This document shows positions 6,947 to 17,171 of a DNA stretch of 19,059 bases, in pieces. The notes under the pieces were generated by a model. It was not told the DNA's origin and searched no databases. It saw only the letters and a list, made by a program, of their open reading frames with translations. The stretch is from Myxococcales bacterium (GTDB lineage Bacteria > Myxococcota_A > UBA9042 > JABWCM01 > BTVJ01): contig BTVJ01000123.1 of assembly GCA_045863395.1 (NCBI GenBank), forward strand, positions 1 through 19,059, given 5' to 3'. Every line of letters begins with the position of its first letter. Position 1 is the stretch's first letter. The translations under genes and the position numbers were made by a program.

Positions 6947-7807
6947 TCAGCGGCCGAGGAAGTCGAGCGGCATCTTGAGGTAGCGGCGGCCGTTGGCCTC
7001 TGGCGCGGGGAGCCGCCCCGCGTCCACGTTGACCTGGAGGCTCTCGAGGATGAGCCGCGGCGGCGCGAGGGTGGCGTCCCTCCCCTTGCGGAACGCGACG
7101 AAGTCGGAGCGCGAGGTGCCCGCGCGGAGCTGCACGTTGCGCTCCATGGACTCCCCGATGGTCGTCTCGTACCGAAGCTCCCGACCTCCCGGCAGGTAGT
7201 CGTGGCCCGTGAGGACCCGGGTGGCGGGGTCGAGGGTGTAGAGGCGCTTCGTGATCGAGTCATAGAGCTGCTCGGCGCTCCCCTTCGGGAAGTCGCAGCG
7301 CCCGGTGCCGTAGTCGGGCATGAACAGCGCGTCCCCCGTGAACACGGCGTCCCCGATCTTGTAGCTGCTGCACGCGGGGGTGTGGCCCGGGGTGGCGATC
7401 ACCTCGACCTTCAGGGAGCCTGCGTCCAGCACCTCGTGGTCGCTCACGAGCTTCGTCCACTGGCTCCCGTCGGTGCGCAAGGCGGGAACGTCGTAGACGC
7501 CCTTGAAGAACTCCTGGACCTCGGTGATGCGCGCGCCGATGGCCGTCGGGGCGCCGTAGCGCTCCCGGAGGACCTCCATTCCTGTGAGGTGGTCGGCGTG
7601 GGCGTGCGTGTCGAGGACCCAGCGCACCGTGAGGGACCGCTCGGCCACCAGGGCGGCGACCTCGTCCACGGACCGCGTGGAGAGGCCCCAGGTGGCGGGG
7701 TCGAAGTCGAGCACCGGGTCGATGACCACGGCGTCCCCGGTGGCCGGGTCCCATGCAACGTAGGTGAGCGTCCAGGTGGATTTGTCGAAGAATGCCTTGA
7801 TCTCCAT
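6947..7807 (-). CDS. MBL-fold metallo-hydrolase, persulfide dioxygenase (PDO/ETHE1/Blh-like)
   Basis: VIDPVLDFD, LDTHAHADH metal motif, TPGHTPAC, FTGDALFMPDYGTGRCDFP, GHDY and RDATLAPPRLILESLQVN. GAGGAGG RBS. Confidence 0.92.
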   Translation of the reverse strand: MEIKAFFDKSTWTLTYVAWDPATGDAVVIDPVLDFDPATWGLSTRSVDEVAALVAERSLTVRWVLDTHAHADHLTGMEVLRERYGAPTAIGARITEVQEFFKGVYDVPALRTDGSQWTKLVSDHEVLDAGSLKVEVIATPGHTPACSSYKIGDAVFTGDALFMPDYGTGRCDFPKGSAEQLYDSITKRLYTLDPATRVLTGHDYLPGGRELRYETTIGESMERNVQLRAGTSRSDFVAFRKGRDATLAPPRLILESLQVNVDAGRLPAPEANGRRYLKMPLDFLGR

Positions 7808-7851
7808 GGGTCCTCCTCATTCGGGCGCGGGGCTGCGCGGCGGAGCCTCTC

Positions 7852-7867
7852 TGCGAAGGGCGTGCCA
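7852..7867 (-). promoter_or_regulatory. Sigma-54 (-24/-12) promoter for the persulfide dioxygenase gene
   Basis: Minus strand reads TGGCACG-CCCT-TCGCA versus consensus TGGCACG-N4-TTGCW, about 45 bp upstream of the ATG. Confidence 0.75.
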
Positions 7868-7941
7868 CGAGGGAGATGTGCGTGATCCCAGGCAGTTGTG
7901 GATGTCGTCGCGCGGAGGGGAGGGCGAGCGCCGGTGCATGA

Positions 7942-7980
7942 ATCATGATGTTGCGTCAGTTGGCGCGTCATTTTGCGACA
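7942..7980. promoter_or_regulatory. Putative enhancer-binding-protein upstream activator sites (inside the 3' end of the first sulP)
   Basis: CGCGTCA-TTT-TGCGACA at 7964-7980 plus a weaker site 22 bp away (7942-7958, right half TGCGTCA). Confidence 0.55.
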
Positions 7981-9607
7981 ACCGGCTGACGGCGACGATG
8001 CACTCCTGAAGGGCCGCGCCCGGCAGCTCGGACTGGCCCGTGGCGCTCAGGGGCCTGCCCTCCCGCTCCAGGGCGTGGAGCAGCCGGTCCGGGGCGCCGC
8101 AGATGTGCAGCCGGGCCCCGCGGCGCCCGAGCGCGGCGTCGATCTCCTCCAGGGCGTCCACGGCGCGCCACCGGATGGCGTGGGCGTGGGTGAGATCGAT
8201 GATCACGTCTCGGGCCGAGGCGGGTACGAGGGCGAACACGGCGTCGGGGAGCGTGGACGCCGCGGCGAAGTGCAGGTTGCCGCTCACCTCGATGGCGACC
8301 GCGGCCGGCGTGCCTTCCAAGTGTGCGAGGGAGCCCCTCTGGACGGCCCAGGCGCGCAGGTGGGGGTGGGAGTCCTCCGCCAGGTGGAGGACAAGGGCGA
8401 GGCCCGTGCCCGCGAACACCGCCAGCTCCAGGGGCAGGACCAGCGTCGCCAGCAGTGACGTGAGCATCACCGCCCGGGGGGAGCGCCACACGTTGACGGC
8501 GCGGGACATGCGGCGGACGTCCACCATCGACCAGGCCGTCGCGAACAGGACGCCAGCCAGGCTCGCCTGCGGGATGGACTCGACGACGGGGCCCGCGAAC
8601 AAGAGCAGCGGCACGACGAAGACGGCCCCGCTGGCGGCCGCGAGGCGCGTGCGGGCGCCGCCGAGGCGCAGCAGGGCGGAGCGGGTCAGCGACGCGGACG
8701 CCGGGAAGGCGCTCGAGAACGCGCCGGCCAGGTTGGCCCAGCCCTGTGCCTGGATCTCGCGGCGCAGATCCGGGCGCCCGCCCGCCGCGGAGGCGGACAC
8801 GGTCAGCTCCAGGGTCCCGAGCAGCGCGATGGCCGCCGCAGGGGCCAGCAGGCGCGCCAGGGTGGACGGGTGGACGTCGGGGAGGGCGCCCGGGGGCCAG
8901 CCGGAGGGCAGAGGGGCGCGGTCCGAGACGAGGGGCAGGCCCGAGGAGGCGTCCGCGCCCGTCAGCATCACCACGATGGTCGTGGCGATCACGGTCAGCA
9001 AGGCCACGGGCACGTGGGGGTTGCGCTTCATGCCCATGAGGACCACCGCCGCCGTCCCGAACGCGACCAGCGAGGCAGGCCATGACGGGGCCGAGCGGCT
9101 GAGCGCCTCGCCCAGGCCGACCACCTCCTCCACCAAGCCGGCACCGCGGATGGGGTCCAGACCCAGGGCCTCGTCGAGCTGCATGGTGGCGATCAGGATC
9201 CCCGCGCCGGCCGTGAAGCCCACCAGGAAGGACTCGGGGAGGAACCGGATGAGGGACGCCGCGCCCACGCGCGCGGCGAGCAGGCGGATCAGGCCCGCGA
9301 GCAGGGTCAGCGTGGCGAGGGTCGGGAGGCCCTCGGCCCCCAGGAAGCCATCGGGGCCCAGGTACGGGGCGAGGGCCGCGAGGATCAGCAGGCCCGTGGT
9401 GTTGGTGGGGCCGGTCACCACCTGGGCGCTCCGGCCCGCCAGCGCGGCGATCACCCCGGGGACGGCGGCGGTGGTCAGGCCGTAGGCCGGGGGCAGCCCG
9501 CTCATCATCGCGTACGCGAGGCACTGGGGGAGCCCGACGAGCGCCACGGTCACGCCGGCCGTCAGGTCGGCGCCCAGGGTCTGAAGGCGCGGGCGTCGCG
9601 GATCCAT
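7943..9607 (-). CDS. SulP/SLC26 family inorganic anion transporter with C-terminal STAS domain (divergent copy)
   Basis: DLTAGVTVALVGLPQCLAYAMMSGLPPAYGL, GPTN, GFTAGAG, ASASLTRS and STAS-like GNLHFAAA..VIIDL; many hydrophobic helices. Confidence 0.9.
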   Translation of the reverse strand: MDPRRPRLQTLGADLTAGVTVALVGLPQCLAYAMMSGLPPAYGLTTAAVPGVIAALAGRSAQVVTGPTNTTGLLILAALAPYLGPDGFLGAEGLPTLATLTLLAGLIRLLAARVGAASLIRFLPESFLVGFTAGAGILIATMQLDEALGLDPIRGAGLVEEVVGLGEALSRSAPSWPASLVAFGTAAVVLMGMKRNPHVPVALLTVIATTIVVMLTGADASSGLPLVSDRAPLPSGWPPGALPDVHPSTLARLLAPAAAIALLGTLELTVSASAAGGRPDLRREIQAQGWANLAGAFSSAFPASASLTRSALLRLGGARTRLAAASGAVFVVPLLLFAGPVVESIPQASLAGVLFATAWSMVDVRRMSRAVNVWRSPRAVMLTSLLATLVLPLELAVFAGTGLALVLHLAEDSHPHLRAWAVQRGSLAHLEGTPAAVAIEVSGNLHFAAASTLPDAVFALVPASARDVIIDLTHAHAIRWRAVDALEEIDAALGRRGARLHICGAPDRLLHALEREGRPLSATGQSELPGAALQECIVAVSRLSQNDAPTDATS

Positions 9608-9671
9608 GGGGGGCTAGGATGGCCTCGATGGGCGCGGGCTGCAAGCGCTGCGAGCCCCGGTGCCTGGTTGT

Positions 9672-9710
9672 TGCCTCATGGCGCGTCATGTGTCGCGTCA
9701 GGTTGAAACA
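9672..9710. promoter_or_regulatory. Putative enhancer-binding-protein upstream activator sites
   Basis: TGCCTCA-TGG-CGCGTCA (9672-9688) and CGCGTCA-GGT-TGAAACA (9694-9710), 22 bp apart. Confidence 0.55.
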
Positions 9711-9771
9711 CTGGCGGAGGGCTGCGACACACAGGAGAGCACAGGGCCCCACCCTTCGGGCCCTTCATCGC

Positions 9772-9787
9772 TGGCACGCTTCTTGGA
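9772..9787 (+). promoter_or_regulatory. Sigma-54 (-24/-12) promoter for the YeeE/YedE pair
   Basis: TGGCACG-CTTC-TTGGA: perfect -24 element, with TTGG in place of TTGC at -12. Confidence 0.65.
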
Positions 9788-9873
9788 AAAGGTCCGAGCC
9801 GCGCCGCCTCAGGCGCCTGGGGCCCCCGCGCTTCTCGGGGCCTCCAACCACCCACCAACGGAGTCGGGAGTCC

Positions 9874-10299
9874 ATGCCTGAGTTCACACTTGCGCCCGCG
9901 CTGATTGGCGGGCTTCTCATCGGGGTCTCCGTGTCCTTGATGCTCCTGTTCACTGGGCGCATCGCCGGCATCAGCGGCATCCTGGGCGGGATGCTCGGCG
10001 CCGGCTCCGGCGACGCGGCCTGGCGCCTCCAGTTCCTGGGCGGGCTGGTGGCGGGCGGCGTGCTGCTTGCGGTCCTCCACCCGGGGGCGCTCGCCAGCGC
10101 CGCAGCCACGCCCGTGACCTTCGTGGCCCTGGCTGGGCTGCTCGTCGGCTTCGGCACGCGCCTCGGCAGCGGGTGCACCAGCGGCCACGGCATCTGCGGC
10201 GTGAGCCGCCTGTCACCGCGCTCGCTCGTCGCGACGCTCACCTTCACCATCTCCGGTGGGGCGGCCGTGCTGCTGCTCCGCCTGCTCGGAGGGATCTAA
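9874..10299 (+). CDS. YeeE/YedE family sulfur transporter subunit (PmpA-like, 141 aa)
   Basis: ALIGGLLIG, GRIAGISGI and GLLVGFGTRLGSGCTSGHGICGVSRLSPRSLVAT motifs; four hydrophobic segments. Confidence 0.92.
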   Translation: MPEFTLAPALIGGLLIGVSVSLMLLFTGRIAGISGILGGMLGAGSGDAAWRLQFLGGLVAGGVLLAVLHPGALASAAATPVTFVALAGLLVGFGTRLGSGCTSGHGICGVSRLSPRSLVATLTFTISGGAAVLLLRLLGGI

Positions 10300-10301
10300 G
10301 C

Positions 10302-10754
10302 ATGGCTGGTTTCATCGTGTTCGCGTCAGGGCTCCTGTTCGCGGTCGGGCTCGGAGTCTCGGGGATGACGGACCCTGCCAAGGTGAGGGGCTTCATGGAC
10401 GTCACCGGTGCCTGGGACCCGACGCTGGGCTGGGTCATGGTGGGCGCCGTCGCCACCCACATGCTGGCGTACCGTCTCATCGTGCGGCGCAAGGCGCCCA
10501 TCCTCGCGCCGAAGTTCGGGATCCCCACGCGGCGGGACCTGGATGCCCGGCTCCTCGTGGGCGCCGCGCTGTTCGGCGCCGGGTGGGGGCTCGGCGGCTT
10601 CTGCCCCGGTCCCGGGCTCGTGTCCCTGGCGTCGGGTGGCGCCGCTCCCCTCGTGTTCGTGGCGTCCATGCTCGGCGGGATGTGGGCGTTCAACGTCTGG
10701 GAGGGCCTGGTGGCGGCCCGCGCGGCGCGGAGGTTGGCTACACAGGCGGCCTGA
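10302..10754 (+). CDS. YeeE/YedE family (DUF6691, PmpB-like) membrane protein (150 aa)
   Basis: GLLFAVGLGVSGMTDPAKVRGFMDVTGAWDPTL and LFGAGWGLGGFCPGP motifs; starts 2 nt after the partner's stop. Confidence 0.92.
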   Translation: MAGFIVFASGLLFAVGLGVSGMTDPAKVRGFMDVTGAWDPTLGWVMVGAVATHMLAYRLIVRRKAPILAPKFGIPTRRDLDARLLVGAALFGAGWGLGGFCPGPGLVSLASGGAAPLVFVASMLGGMWAFNVWEGLVAARAARRLATQAA

Positions 10755-10757
10755 CCG

Positions 10758-11735
10758 TCAGGGTCCGGGCTGGATGATCCCGTACTCCCGCATCTTCCGC
10801 CAGAGCGTCGAGCGGCTCATGCCGAGCCGCACCGCGGCGTCCCCCTTCCGCCCCCTCGCCTCCTCCAGGGCTCCCAGGATCCGCTCCCGCTCCAGATCCC
10901 GCGCGGTCCGCCGCCCCGGCTCCGGCTGGGACGGCGCGCCCAGCTCCGGCGTCAGCTCGTCGAGGCGCAGGAGGGGGCCGTCGCCGACCGCGAAGGCGTG
11001 CTCGATGTTGTTGCGCAGCTCGCGCACGTTGCCTGGCCACTCGTAGGAGCACAGCGCCTCCGTGGCGGCCTCCTCGATGGCCTCGACGCGGCGGATGCCG
11101 AGCCCGTTGAACTCGTCGATGAAGTGCCACGCCAGCGCCTGCACGTCGCCGTCCCGCTCCGCGAGGCGCGGGATGAACAGGGTCACCACCCGGACACGGT
11201 ACATCAGGTCTTCCCGGAACCGGCCCGCCTCCACCTCTGCCCGCAGCGCCTTGTTGGTGGCCGACAGGAGCCGCACGTCCGCCGTGAGGCTCTCCGTACC
11301 GCCCAGCGGCACGAAGGTGCGCTCCTGGAGCACCCGCAGGAGCCGCGCCTGGAGGTCGAGGGGCAGCTCCGCCACCTCGTCCAGGAACACGGTGCCGCCG
11401 CTGGCGAGCGCGAACAGGCCGCGCCGGTCGCGCACGGCCCCCGTGAAGGCGCCGCGCACGTGCCCGAACAGCTCGGAGGCGAGCAGCTCGCCGGTCAGCA
11501 TGGCGCAGTTGATGGCGCGGAAGGGGCCCGCGGCGCGGCGGCTCAGGTCGTGGAGCGCCCGGGCGACCAGCTCCTTGCCCGTCCCCGACTCGCCCCGGAT
11601 GAGCACGGTCGCCTCCGTCCGAGCGACGCGCTCCATGCGCTCGAAGAACGCAAACATCTGAGGGGCAACCGTCACCATGCCGTGGAAGGTGGTCGGCGCA
11701 GTGTCGGGGCGGCCGTGGCAGGTGCGTCGCGTCAT
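10758..11735 (-). CDS. Sigma-54-dependent transcriptional activator (AAA+ plus Fis-type HTH) with no N-terminal sensory domain
   Basis: Walker A GESGTGKE, ELFGHVRGAFTGA, Walker B FLDEV, RFREDLMYR, WPGNVRELRN and HTH AAVRLGMSRSTLWRKM. Start taken as ATG 11735 (uncertain, no clear RBS). Confidence 0.92.
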   Translation of the reverse strand: MTRRTCHGRPDTAPTTFHGMVTVAPQMFAFFERMERVARTEATVLIRGESGTGKELVARALHDLSRRAAGPFRAINCAMLTGELLASELFGHVRGAFTGAVRDRRGLFALASGGTVFLDEVAELPLDLQARLLRVLQERTFVPLGGTESLTADVRLLSATNKALRAEVEAGRFREDLMYRVRVVTLFIPRLAERDGDVQALAWHFIDEFNGLGIRRVEAIEEAATEALCSYEWPGNVRELRNNIEHAFAVGDGPLLRLDELTPELGAPSQPEPGRRTARDLERERILGALEEARGRKGDAAVRLGMSRSTLWRKMREYGIIQPGP

Positions 11736-11766
11736 GGTGAGCCAGTCTATGCGACATTGTGAAACA
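11728..11766. promoter_or_regulatory. Putative enhancer-binding-protein upstream activator sites overlapping the activator's own start codon
   Basis: CGCGTCA-TGG-TGAGCCA (11728-11744) and TGCGACA-TTG-TGAAACA (11750-11766), 22 bp apart. Confidence 0.6.
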
Positions 11767-11849
11767 TTCTCAAGGCGACCGGAGCGGTGCGCGCGGTGGG
11801 AGGGCCGGCCGCGTGTCGCCATGGCTGCGTCGGCGCCGGTGGGCCACGC

Positions 11850-11865
11850 TGGCCCGGATTTCGCA
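11850..11865 (+). promoter_or_regulatory. Sigma-54 (-24/-12) promoter for the second sulP
   Basis: TGGCCCG-GATT-TCGCA, GG-N10-GC spacing, 35 bp upstream of ATG 11901. Confidence 0.7.
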
Positions 11866-11900
11866 ACCACCCTGGGGGACTCGCGCGACCCGGAGGTCTC

Positions 11901-13640
11901 ATGCACGCACTGTCACGACGGCTCCCATCACTGGACTGGCTCCTGCGCTACCGCCGAGAGGATCTGGGCGGTGACCTGTCGGCGGGGCTGACCACCGCCG
12001 TGATGCTGGTGCCGCAGGGCATGGCCTACGCCATGCTGGCCGGTCTGCCGCCCATCACGGGGCTCTACGCGTCCATCCTGCCGCTGGTCGCCTACGCGCT
12101 GCTGGGGTCGTCGCGCCAGCTCGCCGTAGGCCCCGTCGCCATGGTGTCGCTGCTCGTGGCGTCCGGGGTGGGCGCCCTGGCCCAGGGGGGCACCGAGGCC
12201 TATCTCGGCCATGCGGTGCTCCTGGCGCTGATGGTCGGTGTCATGCAGGTGGTCATGGGTGCGGGTCGCCTCGGCTTCCTCGTGAACTTCCTGTCCCACC
12301 CGGTCGTGAGCGGCTTCACGTCAGCCGCGGCGCTGATCATCGGGGCGAGCCAGCTCAAGCACCTGCTCGGGGTGGACCTGCCGCAGGGGGTGGAGGGGGC
12401 GGCCGTGGCGATCTCCCGGATCGCCGAGTGGCACTGGCCCACCGTCGCCGTCGGTGGGGCAGCCGTCGTGGCGCTCGTCGCGCTCCAGCGGCTCGCGCCT
12501 CGCTTCCCGCGCGCCCTGGCGGTGGTCGTCGCCGGAACGCTCGCCGTGTGGGCGCTGGGGCTCGAGGGTGCCGGCGTGCGGGTCGTGGGGAGCGTCCCCG
12601 CGGGACTGCCGACCCTCGGAGTGCCTGCGTGGAGCTGGGACGCGCTCCGGTCGCTCCTGCCCATCGCCCTGACCATCTCGCTGGTCGGCTTCATGGAGTC
12701 CGTCTCCGTCGCCAAGGCCTTCGCCCAGCGCAGTGGTCGCGACATCGACCCGAACCAGGAGCTGATCGCGCTCGGCGCCGCCAACGTGGCCGCCAGCGTG
12801 AGCGGGGCCCTGCCGGTGACCGGCGGCTTCTCCCGCACGGCGGTCAACGCCCAGGCCGGGGCGCGCACGGGCCTCGCGAGCCTCGTGACGGCCGCCATGG
12901 TCGCGCTGACGCTGCTCTTCCTGACGCCCCTGTTCCGGGGGCTGCCCACGGCGGTGCTCGCCGCGATCATCCTGACGGCGGTGGCGGGGCTCGTGGATCT
13001 GAAAGAGGTCCGGCACCTGTGGTGGGTCAAGCGCGGCGATCTGGCGCTGCTCGGGACCACCTTCGTCGCCACGCTGGGCCTGGGCATCGAGGAGGGCATC
13101 CTCGTGGGCGTGGGCGCCTCGCTGCTCTGGTTCGTGGTGCGGTCGACGCGCCCGCACTTCGCGGTGCTCGGGCGGCTGCCCGGCTCGACCGTCTGGAGGA
13201 ACGTCCGCAACTTCCCCGAGGCAAGGACGGTCCCCGGGGTGCTGGTCGTGCGCATCGACGCGCAGCTCTACTTCGGCAATGTGTCGTTCCTGAAGGAGAC
13301 CCTGCGGAGCCTGGAGACGGAGCCGCTGCGGGCCGTCGTGCTCGACGCCAGCGCCGTGAACCAGCTCGACTCGTCCGCCGAGGTGGCGCTGCAGGAGCTG
13401 CTCGATGCGTGGACGGCGCGGGGTGTGCGCCTGGCCATCGCCAGCGCGAAGGGGCCCGTCCGGGAGGTGATGGAGCGGTCGGGGCTCGCTGAGCGGCTCG
13501 GTGCGGGCATGTGCCTGACCACCGAGGAGGCGGTCGCCGCCGTCCTCGGTGCTCCGCCGCTGAGCGCGCAGCTCGTGGACGCGCCGCAGCCGGGAGCCAC
13601 GCCGGTGGCGCCGCTGGCGACGGTCCCCGCCGTGGCATGA
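11901..13640 (+). CDS. sulP: SulP family sulfate/anion permease with STAS domain (579 aa)
   Basis: [69 protein letters not shown] and [27 protein letters not shown]. Confidence 0.95.
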   Translation: MHALSRRLPSLDWLLRYRREDLGGDLSAGLTTAVMLVPQGMAYAMLAGLPPITGLYASILPLVAYALLGSSRQLAVGPVAMVSLLVASGVGALAQGGTEAYLGHAVLLALMVGVMQVVMGAGRLGFLVNFLSHPVVSGFTSAAALIIGASQLKHLLGVDLPQGVEGAAVAISRIAEWHWPTVAVGGAAVVALVALQRLAPRFPRALAVVVAGTLAVWALGLEGAGVRVVGSVPAGLPTLGVPAWSWDALRSLLPIALTISLVGFMESVSVAKAFAQRSGRDIDPNQELIALGAANVAASVSGALPVTGGFSRTAVNAQAGARTGLASLVTAAMVALTLLFLTPLFRGLPTAVLAAIILTAVAGLVDLKEVRHLWWVKRGDLALLGTTFVATLGLGIEEGILVGVGASLLWFVVRSTRPHFAVLGRLPGSTVWRNVRNFPEARTVPGVLVVRIDAQLYFGNVSFLKETLRSLETEPLRAVVLDASAVNQLDSSAEVALQELLDAWTARGVRLAIASAKGPVREVMERSGLAERLGAGMCLTTEEAVAAVLGAPPLSAQLVDAPQPGATPVAPLATVPAVA

Positions 13641-13761
13641 CACCGGAGCTGTCTCCAGAGACCCCCGCCAGTGCACCGACCCGTTGGAGTTGCCGCTCCC
13701 CGCTCCTTGCTGTAGGTTCGACGAGCGCCCCGCCGGGCGCCGACCCCACAGGAGCTCTCAC

Positions 13762-15050
<1,289 letters not shown>

Positions 15051-15054
<4 letters not shown>

Positions 15055-15848
15055 CGACCGTGGTCGGCTTCAAGGTGCCCGACGGCATCGTGCTCGGGGC
15101 GGACAGCGCCATGACCGTGACCCGGTCGCTGGGAGACAACCGCTACGACAGCTACCACAAGCTGTCGGTGGTCTGTGGGCTCCCCATCGCCACCGCCATG
15201 TGGGGGCGCGGCGCGCTGGGGCAGCGGACGGTGCCGAGCATGGTCGAGGAGTTCAGCGTGGAGAAGGCCATGCTGCGCGCCACGGCGTGGTCCGTCGAGG
15301 ACGTGGCGACGGAGCTGTGGCGCTTCATGCAGGCGCAGCACGACGCGCTCCCGCCACAAGGGGGGCAGGTGCCGCTCCACATGCTGGTCGCCGGATACTC
15401 GAAGGGGAGCTACCACGGGCAGATGTGGCGCTTCGACATCCCCGGCGACGGCCCCAAGCTGCACGCCGACTTGAAGGCGCTGACCATCTCGTGGTTCGGG
15501 GTGACGGAGGGAATCCAGACCCTGTGGTGGGGGCACTCTCCGGCGCTCCACGAGGTGCTCACGGAGGAGGGGGTGCCCCACGACGTGGTCCACCGGGTGG
15601 TGCGCAAGCTCCGGGAGCGCTCGGCGCTGGGCCCCGAGCGCCTCGACTTCGGCATGCCGCTCCAGAACGCGGTGGATCTGGTCGCCTTCCTCATCGGCGT
15701 GGAGGTCACCCGGGAGCGGTACACGCCGGGGCTCGCCCGGTCTGCGCCGCCCCTCGACCTGCTGGTGGTGCGCCCCGGCGGGGTCCACTGGGTGCAGCGC
15801 AAGGAGCTGATCGCGCCGCCGACGCTGCTCGGCGGGTTCCTGCCGTGA
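15051..15848 (+). CDS. Proteasome beta-subunit-like Ntn-hydrolase (265 aa)
   Basis: GTGA overlap with the upstream stop. N-terminus [19 protein letters not shown] gives Thr1 and Asp17 after Met removal, with Lys36 in HKL. C-terminal [14 protein letters not shown]...PLDLLVV..WVQRK. Confidence 0.7.
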
Positions 15849-17023
15849 CGGACGGGCTGGGAGCGACCCGTGTGGGCGGCGCGAACCTCGCGCGGGCCGA
15901 GGACGGACCGCACCACGTCTTCCTGATCCCGGGCTTCTTCGGCTTCGCCAACTTCGGCGACTTCAAGTACTTCTGGCACGTGCGCGAGGTGCTCGAGGCG
16001 CGCTTTCGGGCGCTCGGGTTGGACGCCCGGCTCCACCCGGTCCGCACGTCTCCCACGGCGTCCATCCGCACGCGCGCCGAGCGGCTCGCCGAGATCATCA
16101 CGGCGGCGGACACGGGTCAGGGGCCGATTCACCTGATCGGGCACTCGACGGGGGGATTGGATGCGCGCCTGCTGGTCACACCCGGCGTCTCGCTGCACAC
16201 CCGGGCCGACGTAGAGGCCATCGCGCGCCGGGTGCGAACGGTGGTCGCCGTGACCTCGCCGCACTATGGGACTCCGCTGGCGTCCTTCTTCGCGAGCATG
16301 TTGGGGCAGAAGGCGCTGGAGCTCGTCTCGCTGGCCACCATCTACGTGCTGCGCTTCGGCAAGCTCCCGCTGAAGGCGCTGACCTTGGCGCTCGGCGCCA
16401 TGGTCTGGACCAACAACCGCGTCGTGCTGCGCACGGGAGTGCTCGACCAGGTCCACACCATGCTACTCGCCGACTTCACGGAAGATCGGCGGGCCCTCCT
16501 CGACACCTTCTTCTCGGAGGTCATGGGCGACCAGTCGCTGCTGCCGCAGCTCTCGCCGGAGGGGATCGATCTGTTCAACGCGCTGGCGAGCCGCCGGGAC
16601 ACGGTCCGCTACGGCTGCGTGGTCACGGCGGCCCCCCCGCCGGGTCTCCGCACTGCGGCTAAGCTGGGCCTGGGAGCCTACGCCCAGCTCACCTACGGTC
16701 TCTACCGGGCGCTGTACTCCAAGGCCGCGTCCATGCGGCCGTCGCGCATCCCTCCGCTGACACCCGAGCAGTGGCGCGCGCTGCGCCAGGGGCTGGGCAA
16801 AATCCCGGCGCCCAGCGACAACGACGGCATGGTCCCCGCCCTGAGCCAGGTCTACGGAGACGTCATCCACGCTGCGTGGGCGGATCATCTCGACGTGATC
16901 GGCCACTTCGGGGACTGGCGCCACGACCCGCCCCACGTGGACTGGCTGATCACGGGGGCGCAGTTCGACCGGGGCCACTTCGAGCGCCTGTGGGGGGACG
17001 TCGCGCAGTATGTCGCCGGGTGA
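15845..17023 (+). CDS. Alpha/beta-hydrolase, triacylglycerol lipase family
   Basis: GTGA overlap. Oxyanion region LIPGFFG, nucleophile HLIGHSTGG, SPHYGTPLA, catalytic Asp in NDGMV and His in DHLDVIG. Confidence 0.88.
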   Translation: MTDGLGATRVGGANLARAEDGPHHVFLIPGFFGFANFGDFKYFWHVREVLEARFRALGLDARLHPVRTSPTASIRTRAERLAEIITAADTGQGPIHLIGHSTGGLDARLLVTPGVSLHTRADVEAIARRVRTVVAVTSPHYGTPLASFFASMLGQKALELVSLATIYVLRFGKLPLKALTLALGAMVWTNNRVVLRTGVLDQVHTMLLADFTEDRRALLDTFFSEVMGDQSLLPQLSPEGIDLFNALASRRDTVRYGCVVTAAPPPGLRTAAKLGLGAYAQLTYGLYRALYSKAASMRPSRIPPLTPEQWRALRQGLGKIPAPSDNDGMVPALSQVYGDVIHAAWADHLDVIGHFGDWRHDPPHVDWLITGAQFDRGHFERLWGDVAQYVAG

Positions 17024-17066
17024 GGAGAGCGCTTGACGCGCTGCCGTGGGGGGCCGCAGTTTCGCG

Positions 17067-17096
17067 TTGAAGCACCGCGCTGGACCGTGGTAGCGT
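17067..17096 (+). promoter_or_regulatory. Possible sigma-70 promoter for the EGF-repeat lipoprotein
   Basis: TTGAAG-18 nt-TAGCGT with an extended -10 TG. Confidence 0.3.
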
Positions 17097-17171
17097 GCTG
17101 GCACCAAGGACCCAAACAGCGCTGACCCGACCGCTCCCGCACGGCGGCAGGCCCAGATGAGGAGACGAAGC

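Noticed and set aside
11736..11906. N-terminal extension of the sigma-54 activator as given in the ORF track
   Set aside because: It would run across the divergent sulP promoter, RBS and start, and it does not resemble any sensory domain.
11677..11991. Track ORF with a CTHCH (CxxCH) heme-like motif
   Set aside because: It overlaps the activator start, the sigma-54 promoter and the sulP start in another frame, has no signal peptide, and is best seen as a chance shadow ORF.
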